A DNA stretch of 64,000 bases, taken from the NCBI GenBank assembly GCA_963777315.1, contig CAVZQC010000002.1:320001-384000 (forward strand), read 5' to 3'. Source of the DNA: Vulcanimicrobiota bacterium. Its GTDB lineage: Bacteria > Vulcanimicrobiota > Vulcanimicrobiia > Vulcanimicrobiales > Vulcanimicrobiaceae. Below are positions 40,723-51,131 of this stretch, one piece after another. The position numbers were made by a program, and so were the translations under genes. Position 1 is the first letter of the stretch. The number at the start of each line of letters is the position of its first letter. The notes beneath the pieces were generated by a model that was not told the origin of the DNA, did no database searches, and saw nothing but the letters and a program-made list of their open reading frames with translations.

Positions 40723-41816
40723 AGTGCGCTCACGACCGCATCCTGGATCGAATGCAGCTTGGCTTGCGGCAGATCGTCGGGGACATGGGTTGCGGTGATG
40801 AAGGCTTGTTCGAAGGTTCCGACTCCTTTCATGAACGCGCGTGCGCGCTCGGCGTCAAGTTCCGACAGCACGTCGTCGAGCAACAGCAGGGGTGCTTCCC
40901 CGGAGCGTTCCAGCATAACGCCGTATTCGGCAACCTTGAGCGCGAGTACCGCCGTGCGCTGCTGTCCTTGCGAACCGAACGGCGCCAGCGAAACGCCGTC
41001 GATCAGCATTTCCAGATCGTCCCGGTGCGGTCCGACAAGGGCAACCCGCCTTGCGCGTTCCTGCGCCGACGTCTCGCGCAGGCGTTCGCCGAACGCGCTT
41101 GCAATGGCGTCCTGCGAGCGCACCTTGAACGGTACCGCCGGCCGGTAGCGCAATTCGAGAGACTCAGACCCGCTCCAGCGGCGATGCTCGGCGCCGGCGC
41201 GCGCGCCGAGCGCTTCGACGTAGTGCGCGCGAGCCAGCACGATCTGCGTTCCGGCTTCGACCAGCGTATGATCGTAGACCGCCAGCAGTTCTGAATCGGG
41301 CGGCGCATCGGCGCGCAGCAGCGCGCCCTTTTGCGCCAGGGCCTTGTGATATCGCGCGAGCTCGTGATAGTACGCCGGGCGTTCCTGCGCAAGAGCGGCG
41401 TTCAAAAACGCGCGCCGCACGGCCGGGGGCCCGATGACGAGCTGCAAATCCGACGGCACGAACGTGACCACGCGCAAACTGCCCAGAAATCGCGCATACC
41501 GCACGCTGCGTCCGTTGAGCGTGTACGCTTTGCGCGTGCCGCGCGGCGTTGCGGAGATCGCGCAGCCAAGGCGGACGGTGCCGGCCCGCACGCGCGCCTC
41601 GCCGCCAACCGTTGCCAGTTCGAAGCCCTCCCGGATCAGATCGCGCTCTCGTGACGTGCGAAAAGATTTGCCGGTGCCCAGCAGTGAAATCGCTTCGAGC
41701 AGATTGCTCTTGCCTTGCGCGTTGCGGCCGACGAACACGTTGAGACCTTGCGCCGGTTCCAGTTCGAGCCGCGCGTAATTGCGCACGTTGGACAGGTGCA
41801 GGCTGGTCAATCTCAT
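40719..41816 (-). CDS. recF: DNA replication/repair protein RecF
   Basis: GRNAQGKSNLLEAI, GPHRDD, SQGQQR, LLLDDVLSELD. Confidence 0.97.
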
Positions 41817-41857
41817 CCGCTCGCGCGAACGAACTTCACGCAGCTGGACGGCACCCG

Positions 41858-42979
41858 TTATTGCCGCAGCGGCATGAGCACGTACAGCTGCTGCGCTCCC
41901 TCGGGCGGTTCGATCGGGCGAATCGCGGCGGGTGAAAGCGGTCCCAAAAACTCCATGACCGTTTGCGGCGAATCGACGTGATTGAGGATTTCCACCAGAT
42001 AGCGCGCGTTGAACGCTATCGTCATGTCTTCGCCCTGCTGTTCGACTTCCAGTTCTTCATAGGCGTTGCCCGAAACGTCGGAGCTCGCCGTCACGATCAG
42101 GGTTTGGTTGCCCACGCCCAATTTCACCATGCTGGCGCGGTCTCCGGCCACCAGTTCCGCGCGCCGCAGCGCACCGATCAGCGCCGACGTGTTCGCCGTG
42201 ATCGAGCGATCGAATTTCGCCGGAATGACTTGTCCGTAGTTGGGATACTGCCCGTCCACCAACCGCACCACGATCGAAACGTCGCCCGAACCGAACATCA
42301 ACTGGTTGCCTTGCGCTCCCAGCGCCGTCACTTGCACGCTGTCGGCACTGCCCAGGTTGCGGGAGGCTTCGGCAAGTGCCCGCGAAGGCACGATGTATTT
42401 TTCCGAGCCGGAAATGCCGCTCTCGAGCGTGGTTTGATACCGCCCCAGCCGGTAGCCGTCGGTGGCGACCATCGTCAGCGAGTCGCCCTCGATTTCCAGC
42501 AGCGTTCCCATGAGCACCGCGCCGCGCGCCTCCTCGCCGGACGCGGCGAAGATCGTGGCGTTGACCCCGTCGCGAAAGCGCTTGCCGGCGATGCTGAAAC
42601 TCTGGCCGGGCTGCGCGCTGGGAAGCGGCGGGTACTCATCGGCGGGCAGGGCGTGAAAATCGTAGTTGCTGCGTTCGAACTTGATGCTCGCGCGCGTCGG
42701 CGTGCCCGTGAGTTCGAGCTGCCCAGTCTGCAGATTGCCCAGATAACTGCTGAACAGTTTGGCCGGAATCGTGACGCTGCCGCCCTCGCTGACGTCGGCT
42801 TGGAAAGCGTGCTGCAACGTGAGTTCCAGGTCGGTAGCGCGGACGGCGATCTTACCCTCCTGGGCGCTGAGCAGCACGTTGGACAGGATCGGCACGGTGG
42901 TGTGCGCGTTGACGACCTTGCTGGCCGCTCCGACCGCGCCGGCGATTTCTTTGGTGTTGCAAGTAAACTTCATTTCCAC
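41858..42979 (-). CDS. dnaN: DNA polymerase III beta sliding clamp
   Basis: ATDLE, ATDGYRL, GQYPNY, IAFNARYL, VLMPLR. Confidence 0.98.
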   Translation of the reverse strand: MEMKFTCNTKEIAGAVGAASKVVNAHTTVPILSNVLLSAQEGKIAVRATDLELTLQHAFQADVSEGGSVTIPAKLFSSYLGNLQTGQLELTGTPTRASIKFERSNYDFHALPADEYPPLPSAQPGQSFSIAGKRFRDGVNATIFAASGEEARGAVLMGTLLEIEGDSLTMVATDGYRLGRYQTTLESGISGSEKYIVPSRALAEASRNLGSADSVQVTALGAQGNQLMFGSGDVSIVVRLVDGQYPNYGQVIPAKFDRSITANTSALIGALRRAELVAGDRASMVKLGVGNQTLIVTASSDVSGNAYEELEVEQQGEDMTIAFNARYLVEILNHVDSPQTVMEFLGPLSPAAIRPIEPPEGAQQLYVLMPLRQ

Positions 42980-43211
42980 TGCCTACCTTCAGCGCGTCGT
43001 TTTCTTTCGATATAAGCTTAACCGTAGTAGTAATAAGGCGGTGCATTAGGCGAACAACCTGCGATTCTCTCGCTTTCACGCGGATCCGCGCCAAGGACAA
43101 GATGTGCATGGCCCCGGGACGCTCGTGCACATTTGCCGGCTGCTGCGCCACCGACCAGTTATCCACGCGTAAGCGCGAGGCCTGTGCAGCAGAGCGTGGA
43201 TGAACGCCGAG
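42980..43211. other. oriC unwinding region (dnaA-dnaN intergenic): DnaA boxes and DnaA-trios
   Basis: TAG-TAG-TAA-TAA at 43025-43036, GC spacer, degenerate boxes 43040-43057, AT-rich flank; TTATCCACG at 43159-43167. Confidence 0.8.
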
Positions 43212-44579
43212 TCAGTCGCTCTGGCAGAGCGCAACGAGGGATCGAATCTTGTTGCGGTACGCCTCGTCGCGCTGCATTTGCTCTTTGACCTTGTCGCGGG
43301 CGTACATGACCGTCGTATGGTCCTTTTTGTTGAATTCCCGCGCGATGTGCGGCAGGGAGCATTCCGTCAATTCGGTGCACACGTACATGGCGATCTGCCG
43401 CGGCGCGGCCACGCGCTGGTCGCGGCGGTGATTGTCGAGTTCCTTGACGGTCAGTCCATGCGCCTTAGAGATTTTTTCCTTGATCGAGGCGATCGTGACG
43501 CGGCGCAGCGGAGCTTGCGCGACGGCGTTTTTGAGCACGTCGGCTGCCAAATCGACCGTTATCGAGGACTTCGTCAGGCTCGAAAACGCGACGACTCGGA
43601 TGAGCGCGCCTTCGAGTTCGCGGATGTTGGAGGGAATGACTTTCGCGATGAACGAGGTCACCTCGTCGGGGACCGGGATTTTTTCGGACTGCGCCTTTTT
43701 GCGCAGGATCGCTTCGCGCGTTTCCAAGTCGGGCGGCTGAATGTCGGTGAGCAACCCCCACTCGAAGCGCGAGCGCAACCGGTTCTCCAACGTCTGGATT
43801 TCTTTTGGCGGACGATCGCTGGAGATGACCAACTGCCGCCCCGACTCGTGGAGCGCGTTGAACGTGTGGAAAAACTCTTCTTGCGTGCCTTCTTTGCCTT
43901 CCAAAAACTGAATGTCGTCGATCAGCAGGACGTCGACTTGGCGATATTTGTTGCGAAACTCGACGGTCTTGTTGTTTTGAACGGCGATGATGAATTCGTT
44001 GGTGAATTTCTCGCTGGACACGTATACGACGTTGGCGTCGGGATTGTCCCCAAGCGCGCGATGTCCGATGGCATGCATCAAATGCGTTTTGCCCAAGCCC
44101 ACGCCGCCGTACAGGAACAGCGGGTTGTACGCGCGTGCCGGCGCGGCCGCCACTGCCTGGGCGGCGGCATGCGCGAACCGGTTGGAGTTGCCGACGACGA
44201 ACTCCTCAAACGTATAGCGCGAATTCAGATTACCGGGCCGAAAGTCGCCCGGGCGACCCGCGGATCCCGCAGCAGAGGGGGGCGCGCCCGCGGGAGCGGG
44301 TTCGGCGGCATCCGGGGCCACGGTGAACTGCAGATCGATCCCTGCGCCGAAGATCTCCGCCAGCACCTGGACGATTTGGTCCTTGAGCCGGTTTTCGACC
44401 CAATCCCGCGCGAAATTGTTCGGCACGGCCAGGGTCAGCTCGGTGCCGTTGAGCGAAACCGGCCGCAGCGGCTTTATCCACATATTGAAGATCGGCTTGG
44501 AGAACTTGAGCTCCATTGCGGTCAATGCCGATTGCCAGAGTTGGTTCGAGATGTCCGGGTTGCCGACCGCAAGAGCCAT
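43212..44579 (-). CDS. dnaA: Chromosomal replication initiator DnaA
   Basis: YNPLFLYGGVGLGKTHL, LLIDDIQF, RLRSRFEWGL, NIRELEGAL, DHTTV. Confidence 0.99.
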   Translation of the reverse strand: MALAVGNPDISNQLWQSALTAMELKFSKPIFNMWIKPLRPVSLNGTELTLAVPNNFARDWVENRLKDQIVQVLAEIFGAGIDLQFTVAPDAAEPAPAGAPPSAAGSAGRPGDFRPGNLNSRYTFEEFVVGNSNRFAHAAAQAVAAAPARAYNPLFLYGGVGLGKTHLMHAIGHRALGDNPDANVVYVSSEKFTNEFIIAVQNNKTVEFRNKYRQVDVLLIDDIQFLEGKEGTQEEFFHTFNALHESGRQLVISSDRPPKEIQTLENRLRSRFEWGLLTDIQPPDLETREAILRKKAQSEKIPVPDEVTSFIAKVIPSNIRELEGALIRVVAFSSLTKSSITVDLAADVLKNAVAQAPLRRVTIASIKEKISKAHGLTVKELDNHRRDQRVAAPRQIAMYVCTELTECSLPHIAREFNKKDHTTVMYARDKVKEQMQRDEAYRNKIRSLVALCQSD

Positions 44580-44707
44580 CGGGAGTCCTCATTGTCATCT
44601 ACAAAGACTCGGGCCCGGAAGCCGTTGACGCAGCCCCGCAGTCCGAGCGTGGGAGGCTCCGATATTGTCTTAATCGGGCGGCTATCCTGCGGCGCCGCTA
44701 CACTTTT

Positions 44708-44912
44708 TTATCCACTTATCCACAGGCGAAAAAGCCTCGATTTTACGGGAAAATCGGCCCCATCGGGCCTCCTCGCGGTGCCCCTGGGCGGCGCGTGAAA
44801 CCGCCCGCAAAACCGAGCTTTTCCACGCGCCCGGACGATGCGCCGCAGGCCTGTTTCCACAGCGTTCTCCACACATGTGGACAGTGCGTCCGGACGGTGA
44901 ATCCGTGGACGG
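44708..44912. other. DnaA-box cluster upstream of dnaA (other half of a bipartite oriC)
   Basis: TTATCCACT 44708, perfect TTATCCACA 44716-44724, TTTTCCACG 44819, GTTTCCACA 44853, TTCTCCACA 44865, TGTGGACAG 44876. Confidence 0.85.
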
Positions 44913-44935
44913 AGGCGCCGGCGCGACGCCTTTGC

Positions 44936-44965
44936 TTGACGCTCGTCGCAGGGAGGTCCTATACT
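44936..44965 (+). promoter_or_regulatory. Sigma70-type promoter of the rpmH operon
   Basis: TTGACG-N18-TATACT, about 80 nt before the rpmH ATG. Confidence 0.65.
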
Positions 44966-45044
44966 AAGTGGCTGTGCCCGCCAAGGCTCTTAACGCGGTC
45001 CCAGGCGCGCCGTCGACCCCGCCGTCCAGGAGATAACGACCACC

Positions 45045-45179
45045 ATGAAGCGGACCTATCAGCCGCATAACCGCCGCCGCAAGCGCGTTCACGGCTTTCT
45101 GGAGCGGATGGCCACCAAGAACGGGCGGCGCGTGATCAACGCCCGCCGCAAAAAAGGCCGTAAGCGCCTGACGGTCTGA
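45045..45179 (+). CDS. rpmH: 50S ribosomal protein L34
   Basis: Translated by hand: [52 protein letters not shown]; absent from the ORF track. Confidence 0.98.
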   Translation: MKRTYQPHNRRRKRVHGFLERMATKNGRRVINARRKKGRKRLTV

Positions 45180-45500
45180 TGCGCCGCTTCGCCGGGCTGC
45201 GACGCCCGGGCGATTTCAACCGCCTGCGGGCGCACGGCCGGCGCACGGCCACCGGGCTGTTGACCGTTTTCCGGGCCGATGCGCGACCGGCGGACTCCCG
45301 CACGCTCGTAGGCATCGTCGTCACCAAGGCGGTCGGCGGGGCGGTCGTGCGCAACCGTGTCCGCCGGCGACTGGCCGCCTGCCTTCAAAACAGTCTCCCG
45401 CACGATCGCCGCATGCGCCTGCTGATCCAAGTGCGGCCGGAGGCGGCGCACGCCGGCTTTGCGGTTCTGTGCGCGCAGCCTGCAGGCGGCCATCCGATGA
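45179..45500 (+). CDS. rnpA: Ribonuclease P protein component (as written, reads through into yidD because of an apparent extra C at 45479/45480)
   Basis: [25 protein letters not shown] motif; removing one C gives ...AQLQAAIR* with an ATGA overlap onto yidD. Confidence 0.9.
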
Positions 45501-45736
45501 TCGGCGCGGGCGCAGTGTGGTTGCTGCGAACGTACAAGCGCCTGCTTTCACCCCTGCTGCCTCCCGCCTGCCGGTTTTATCCCAGCTGTTCGGAGTACGC
45601 GCAGCAAGCCATCGCGAAACACGGGTTCCTGCGCGGCGGTATCCTCGCGGCGAGGCGGCTGCTCAAATGCCATCCGTTGCACCCGGGCGGCTTCGACCCG
45701 GTTCCCGAGCGCGTTCACCCGTACCCCGAAAGGTAA
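45497..45736 (+). CDS. yidD: Membrane protein insertion efficiency factor
   Basis: [22 protein letters not shown]...[14 protein letters not shown]. Confidence 0.95.
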   Translation: MIGAGAVWLLRTYKRLLSPLLPPACRFYPSCSEYAQQAIAKHGFLRGGILAARRLLKCHPLHPGGFDPVPERVHPYPER

Positions 45737-45739
45737 TTC

Positions 45740-46621
45740 TTGCACGTTCTGCTCGCCACGTCGTGGCTCGATCCGTTCACGCATCTGGTCGCGTTCATCA
45801 TCGGCGCCATCGATTCGGTCGTCCACAATCGCGGATGGAGCCTGGTGCTGTTCGCGCTCGCACTGAAGATCGCAGTATGGCCGCTCAACACCAAACAGTT
45901 TACGGCGATGATGCGCATGCAGCGCCTGGCGCCGCAACTCAAGCGGCTGCAGGAAAAGTACGGCAAGAGCGAGCCGCAGCGCTACCAGCAAGAAACGATG
46001 GAGCTGTACAAAAAGAACGGCGCCAATCCGCTCGCCGGCTGCTGGCCGATGCTCATTCAATGGCCGTTCATCGCCGCGGTGTACTACGCGGTAACGATGA
46101 AGGCTTACCGGCCGCTCTACGAAGGCCAGCATTGGCTGTGGATCGGATCGCCTTTCACGCAGCACTTGCCCGTTTTGCCGATTTGGAAAGCGCCGCTGCT
46201 GGCTTCGAGTTTGTCGATGCCGGATCTCGTGCTGCTCATCGGCTACATGATCTCGATGTATCTGTTTTCGCGTTACGCGACGATGCCGTCTACCGACCCT
46301 TCGCAGGCGCAAACGCAAAAATTGATGGCAATCTTTTCACCGGTCATGCTCGGGTACATGGGGTTTCAGTTCAAGTGGCCTTCCGCCATGGTGCTCTACT
46401 GGTTTTCGTACAACGTGTTTACGATGGGACAGCAGTTTTATCTGCTCAAGAAATTTCATCAACCGCTTTCCGTGCTCGACAACGAGCACGCGATCACCGA
46501 CATTCCCGAACAGCCCAAGCCCGTCAAGGCAATCGCCGCCAACGGCGCGGCAGGCAATGCGGCGCGGCCCGCCGGCTCGACAAAGACTAGGCCCCGCAAA
46601 AAGAAAGGCGCAAAGAGATAA
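45740..46621 (+). CDS. yidC: YidC/Oxa1 membrane protein insertase (short type)
   Basis: MQRLAPQLKRLQEKY, MELYKKNGANPLAGCWPMLIQWP, PSAMVLYW...QQ. Confidence 0.95.
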   Translation: MHVLLATSWLDPFTHLVAFIIGAIDSVVHNRGWSLVLFALALKIAVWPLNTKQFTAMMRMQRLAPQLKRLQEKYGKSEPQRYQQETMELYKKNGANPLAGCWPMLIQWPFIAAVYYAVTMKAYRPLYEGQHWLWIGSPFTQHLPVLPIWKAPLLASSLSMPDLVLLIGYMISMYLFSRYATMPSTDPSQAQTQKLMAIFSPVMLGYMGFQFKWPSAMVLYWFSYNVFTMGQQFYLLKKFHQPLSVLDNEHAITDIPEQPKPVKAIAANGAAGNAARPAGSTKTRPRKKKGAKR

Positions 46622-46624
46622 CCG

Positions 46625-47203
46625 ATGTTTGAAGACGACGTCGAACCCGAGGATCGGCCCGCCGGCAGGCGCGTACCGCGCACGCGGCGTGCACCGGACG
46701 CGGGAAAGACCAACGGGCACGCGCCGCGCGACCGTTCAAAGCACGAACTGCCCGAATCGGCGCGGCCGGCACGCGACCTGCTCGTCGAGATCCTCACGCG
46801 CATGGGCGTACCGCACGTCGAAATCGACTACGTCCCGCGTCCTGAAGGCGAGTATTTGGAAGTCAACGGGCCCGATCTGGCAATGTTGATCGGGCGCCAC
46901 GGATTCACGCTGGAAGCGCTGAACCTGATCTTCAACAACATTCTGAATGCGGGCGTTCGCAGCAATCGCAAGTACTACACGATCGACGCCGAAGGGTATC
47001 GCGCGCGCCGCGCGGACCAACTCAAAAATGTGGCATTGGTGACGTTGGAGCGCTGCCTGCGCGAGAAAAAGCCGCAGGCGCTCGAGCCGATGTTGCCCTC
47101 CGAACGCAAAATCGTGCATTTGGCGCTGGCCGACAGCCAGTTCGCGCGCACGGAATCCGAAGGCGTTGAGCCGGAACGGCGCGTGGTGGTGTTTCCGAAA
47201 TAG
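46625..47203 (+). CDS. jag: Jag/KhpB (EloR) KH + R3H RNA-binding protein
   Basis: LIGRHGFTLEAL KH motif; ERKIVH R3H motif; ESEGVEPERRVVV. Confidence 0.92.
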   Translation: MFEDDVEPEDRPAGRRVPRTRRAPDAGKTNGHAPRDRSKHELPESARPARDLLVEILTRMGVPHVEIDYVPRPEGEYLEVNGPDLAMLIGRHGFTLEALNLIFNNILNAGVRSNRKYYTIDAEGYRARRADQLKNVALVTLERCLREKKPQALEPMLPSERKIVHLALADSQFARTESEGVEPERRVVVFPK

Positions 47204-47211
47204 CGTTCGGC

Positions 47212-48561
47212 ATGCAGGCGCGCGACACGATTGCCGCGATCGCGACCCCCGCGGGAAAAGGCGCAATCGCGATCGTGCGCGTGTGCGGTCCGCAGTCGCG
47301 AGCACTGGCAACGCGCCTGTTCCTGTCACGCCGGCCGCTGCAGCCCCGCGCGGTCACGTACGGTACGATCGTCGACGAACGCGGCGATGCGATCGATCGG
47401 GGTCTGGCGATTCTGTGGCTTGGGCCGCGCAGTGACACCGGCGAAGACATGCTCGAACTGCACTTGCACGGCTCGCCCGCGATTGCGCGCGAAGTCGTGC
47501 GCGCGCTCATTGCCTGCGGCGCACGATATGCGACGGCCGGCGAGTTCACGCGGCGCGCGTTTTTGAACGGCAAAATCGATCTGCGCGGCGCGGGTGCCGT
47601 CGCGGACTTGATCGAGGCCGAAACCCGCTCGGCTGCGCGCGCCGCGCTGGCAAATTTAGCCGGCAGTCTCACGCAGGAAATCCGAACGCTGCGCACGCGA
47701 CTTTCCGGAGCGCTCGAACAGCTGGCTGCCGCCGTGGATTTTCCCGATGAAGTGCCCGAGCCCCAGCCCGTGCAGCTGCAAGCGCAGCTGGACGGAATCG
47801 CGAGCGAATTACGCCGCCTGGTACGCGGCGCGCAGACGGGCTTGCTGCTGCGCGAAGGCGTGAGCGCGGCGATCGTGGGACCGCCCAACGCCGGAAAATC
47901 CTCGCTGCTCAACGCGCTGCTGGGCGAAGAGCGCGCCCTGGTATCGGAGATTGCCGGCACGACGCGCGACACGATCGAAGAATCGATTGCAGTTCAAGGC
48001 GTGCAGGTGCGATTGATCGATACGGCGGGGATCCGGCAGCATGCCGATCGTTTGGAGGCCGCCGGCATCGAACGCACGCGTCGCGCGCTCGAGGGCGCCC
48101 GCGTGGCAATCATCGTGCTGGATGGATCCCAGCCGCTGGACGCGCAAACCAGAGATCTGCTCGAGCAGACGCAAGAGCGCCCCAGGGTGGTTCTGGCCAA
48201 CAAAGCCGACCTTGGCCGCGCCGGGGCGGCGCAGCTCGACGGCGTTGCCCACGTGTGCGGAAGCGTACGCGAGCGTACGACGCTGGACTGCGTGCGGGAA
48301 GCGATCGCGCGCGTGGGGTGGGGCGGCGAAGCGCCGGATTTGGAACGTCCCCATCTCGCTTCGCTGGCCGAGATCGACGCCGCCGCGCAAGCGCTCGACG
48401 CGATCGCACGCGCGCGCCAAACGCTCGAGCGCGGCGATCCCATCGATCTCATGGTCTCAGACCTTCAGCTCGCGTTCGCCGCACTCGGACATCTGACGGG
48501 CGACGCGGCGAACGAAGAGCTGCTCACGAGGATTTTCGGACGGTTTTGCATCGGGAAATGA
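47212..48561 (+). CDS. mnmE: tRNA modification GTPase MnmE
   Basis: DTIAAIAT, GEFTRRAFLNGK, GPPNAGKSS, GTTRD, DTAG, FCIGK. Confidence 0.97.
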   Translation: MQARDTIAAIATPAGKGAIAIVRVCGPQSRALATRLFLSRRPLQPRAVTYGTIVDERGDAIDRGLAILWLGPRSDTGEDMLELHLHGSPAIAREVVRALIACGARYATAGEFTRRAFLNGKIDLRGAGAVADLIEAETRSAARAALANLAGSLTQEIRTLRTRLSGALEQLAAAVDFPDEVPEPQPVQLQAQLDGIASELRRLVRGAQTGLLLREGVSAAIVGPPNAGKSSLLNALLGEERALVSEIAGTTRDTIEESIAVQGVQVRLIDTAGIRQHADRLEAAGIERTRRALEGARVAIIVLDGSQPLDAQTRDLLEQTQERPRVVLANKADLGRAGAAQLDGVAHVCGSVRERTTLDCVREAIARVGWGGEAPDLERPHLASLAEIDAAAQALDAIARARQTLERGDPIDLMVSDLQLAFAALGHLTGDAANEELLTRIFGRFCIGK

Positions 48562-48592
48562 GCGTGTGGCCCGAGCCGGAGAATGGAGCAGC

Positions 48593-50443
48593 ATGAGCCA
48601 ATCGACGCGTGCCGACGATGCCGGCGTCATCGTCGTCGGCGGCGGCCATGCAGGACTGGAAGCCGCTCTCGCATCCGCGCGCATCGGCGTTTCCACCATG
48701 CTGATCACCGGCGATCCGGAGCGGATCTGCACGCTGCCGTGCAACCCGTCGATCGGCGGCAGCGCCAAGGGTCAGCTCGTCCGTGAGATCGATGCGCTCG
48801 GCGGTGAAATGGCGCGCATCATCGATCGCTGCTCGCTGCACTCGCGTTTTTTGAATGAATCGAAGGGTCCCGCAGTGCGTGCCCTGCGCGCGCTGGCCGA
48901 CAAGCCGGCATACGCGCGCATCGCGATGGAAACGCTGCGCGCGCAGCCCAACCTGCAGATAGTTTGCGCGATGGTCGAAGCGCTCGAGGTGCAGGCAGGA
49001 CACGTGCGCGGCGTGGCATGCGCGAATGGTTCGCGCTATCGCTCCAGGCGGGTCGTACTGGCTACCGGCACGTTCTTGGGCGGAAAGACGTTTCGTGGGG
49101 ACGTCGTGCAGCCTGAGGGCCGCTTCGGCGAAGCGCCGTCGATAGGACTTTCGCGCGCATTGCAGGCATTGGGTTTTCCGACCAGACGCTTGAAAACCGG
49201 CACGCCGCCGCGGATCGATCGCACCAGCGTCGATATCGACGCAATGCAGGCGCAACTTCCCAGCGCGGTGCCGCTGCCGTTTTCGTATTGCGGCGAGGAA
49301 CGTTTTGCCGGACCGCAGCTGCCGTGTTATCTCACGCAAACCAACGAGCGCACTCATGCGCTTGTGCGCGAGAACCTGCATCTGTCGCCGCTCTACGGGC
49401 TCGATTTGATCGAAGGCATCGGGCCGCGCTATTGTCCGTCGATCGAAGATAAGGTGATCAAATTCGCGCACAATCCGACGCATCAAATCTTCATCGAACC
49501 CGAAGGCTGGGACGAGCCCACGTGGTATGTCGGCGGGTTTTCCACTTCACTTCCGGCGGAAGTGCAGGTGCAGATGCTGCGCACGCTTGCCGGCCTGGAA
49601 AACGTTGCGATGCTGCGCGCGGGATACGCAGTGGAATACGACATGGTGCCGCCGACGCAGTTGCGCGACACGCTCGAGACGCACCGGATCGCCGGCCTGT
49701 ATCATTGCGGTCAGCTCAACGGCACGTCGGGATATGAGGAAGCCGCCGCGCAAGGGCTGCTTGCCGGCATCAATGCCGCGCGCGCAGCGCAAGGGAAAGA
49801 CCCGCTGCACGTCGATCGCGGCCGCGGCTACATCGGCGTGCTCGTGGACGATCTCGTGTCCAAAGGCGTCGACGAGCCGTACCGCATGCTCACCTCCCGC
49901 GCCGAGCATCGTGTCATCCTGCGCCACGATAACGCCGATGCGCGCCTAACGCCGTTGGGACGCGAGATGGGCTTGGTGGACGACGATGCGTGGGAGACAT
50001 ATTGCCGGCGGTCGGCCGCGCTCGGTGCCGCGATCCGGCAAGCCAAGTCCACGCGCATCGGCGTATGTACAATGGCCGGCGAGCAGTTCGGCGCCGATGC
50101 CACCGTGGCCGACGCACTGCGCCGGCCGAATCTGGCTCTGCGCGACCTCGAGCCGTTGTTGACGAACGTCGCGCCCGGCATTCGAGAACGTGCGGCGATC
50201 GAGATAAAATTCGAAGGCTACATCCGCCGTGAAGAACTGGCCGTGGAGCGCGCCGCCAGGGAGCGCGACATCCGGATTCCGCAGGACTTCGGATATGCCG
50301 GCATCGCGGCGCTCTCCAAGGAGGCCCGCGAGAAGCTTTCAAGGCAAAAGCCGCGCACGCTGGGCGCGGCGGCTCGGATACCGGGCGTTACGCCTTCCGA
50401 CGTTGCGGTTTTGAGCTTGTACGTTCAGCGCCGCCCGGCATGA
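48593..50443 (+). CDS. mnmG: tRNA uridine-5-carboxymethylaminomethyl modification enzyme MnmG
   Basis: GGGHAG, CNPSIGG, KTGTPPR, GPRYCPSIEDK, GQLNGTSGYEEAAAQG, YRMLTSRAE. Confidence 0.98.
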   Translation: MSQSTRADDAGVIVVGGGHAGLEAALASARIGVSTMLITGDPERICTLPCNPSIGGSAKGQLVREIDALGGEMARIIDRCSLHSRFLNESKGPAVRALRALADKPAYARIAMETLRAQPNLQIVCAMVEALEVQAGHVRGVACANGSRYRSRRVVLATGTFLGGKTFRGDVVQPEGRFGEAPSIGLSRALQALGFPTRRLKTGTPPRIDRTSVDIDAMQAQLPSAVPLPFSYCGEERFAGPQLPCYLTQTNERTHALVRENLHLSPLYGLDLIEGIGPRYCPSIEDKVIKFAHNPTHQIFIEPEGWDEPTWYVGGFSTSLPAEVQVQMLRTLAGLENVAMLRAGYAVEYDMVPPTQLRDTLETHRIAGLYHCGQLNGTSGYEEAAAQGLLAGINAARAAQGKDPLHVDRGRGYIGVLVDDLVSKGVDEPYRMLTSRAEHRVILRHDNADARLTPLGREMGLVDDDAWETYCRRSAALGAAIRQAKSTRIGVCTMAGEQFGADATVADALRRPNLALRDLEPLLTNVAPGIRERAAIEIKFEGYIRREELAVERAARERDIRIPQDFGYAGIAALSKEAREKLSRQKPRTLGAAARIPGVTPSDVAVLSLYVQRRPA

Positions 50444-51120
50444 GCGAACGCGCCGAGCTCGCGGCGTTGCTTGCGTCCGCGGGCATTGAGGCGGATCAGG
50501 CCGCCCGGCTGGCAATCTTCGGCGAAAGGCTGCTGGAAACGAACCGACGCTTTAATCTTACCGGCGCGGCCACGGCGCAGACGTTGGCGCCGCATATTCT
50601 CGACAGTTTGTCGATTCAAGAATACATCGTTTCGCCCTTGGTCGACGTCGGATCGGGCGGCGGTCTGCCGGGCATTCCGCTCGCGGTCGTGACGGGCGCA
50701 GAGACAACCTTCGTCGAGGCGAGCACGAAGAAGGCGGCCTTTTTGGAGGCCGTCGTGGCTGTATGCGGCGTGCACGGGCGCGTGGTGCCGGAGCGCGCCG
50801 AGATAGCGGCACGGCATGCCGACTTGCGTGAGGCTTTTGCGAGCGCTACGGTACGGGCCGTGGCACCCGCGCCGGCGGCGTTGGAACTGGCCATGCCGTT
50901 CCTGCGAGTGGGCGGCACAGTCGTGCTGCAGCAAGGAACCCTGGGGGACCGGGAACGCAATGCTGCCCGGGACGCCGCGGCCATGCTCGGCGGCTCGTCC
51001 CCCGAGGAAATCCCGCTGAGCGGAGGACGCCGCGTGCTTTTGGTGCGCAAAGCAGACTCAACGCCGCAACGCTTTCCGCGGCGCAACGGCGTGCCGGCAA
51101 AGCGCCCGCTGTGCATGTAG
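50440..51120 (+). CDS. rsmG: 16S rRNA m7G527 methyltransferase
   Basis: FNLT, HILDSL, DVGSGGGLPGIPLA, FPRRNGVP. Confidence 0.95.
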   Translation: MSERAELAALLASAGIEADQAARLAIFGERLLETNRRFNLTGAATAQTLAPHILDSLSIQEYIVSPLVDVGSGGGLPGIPLAVVTGAETTFVEASTKKAAFLEAVVAVCGVHGRVVPERAEIAARHADLREAFASATVRAVAPAPAALELAMPFLRVGGTVVLQQGTLGDRERNAARDAAAMLGGSSPEEIPLSGGRRVLLVRKADSTPQRFPRRNGVPAKRPLCM

Positions 51121-51131
51121 GCGCATTCCGA

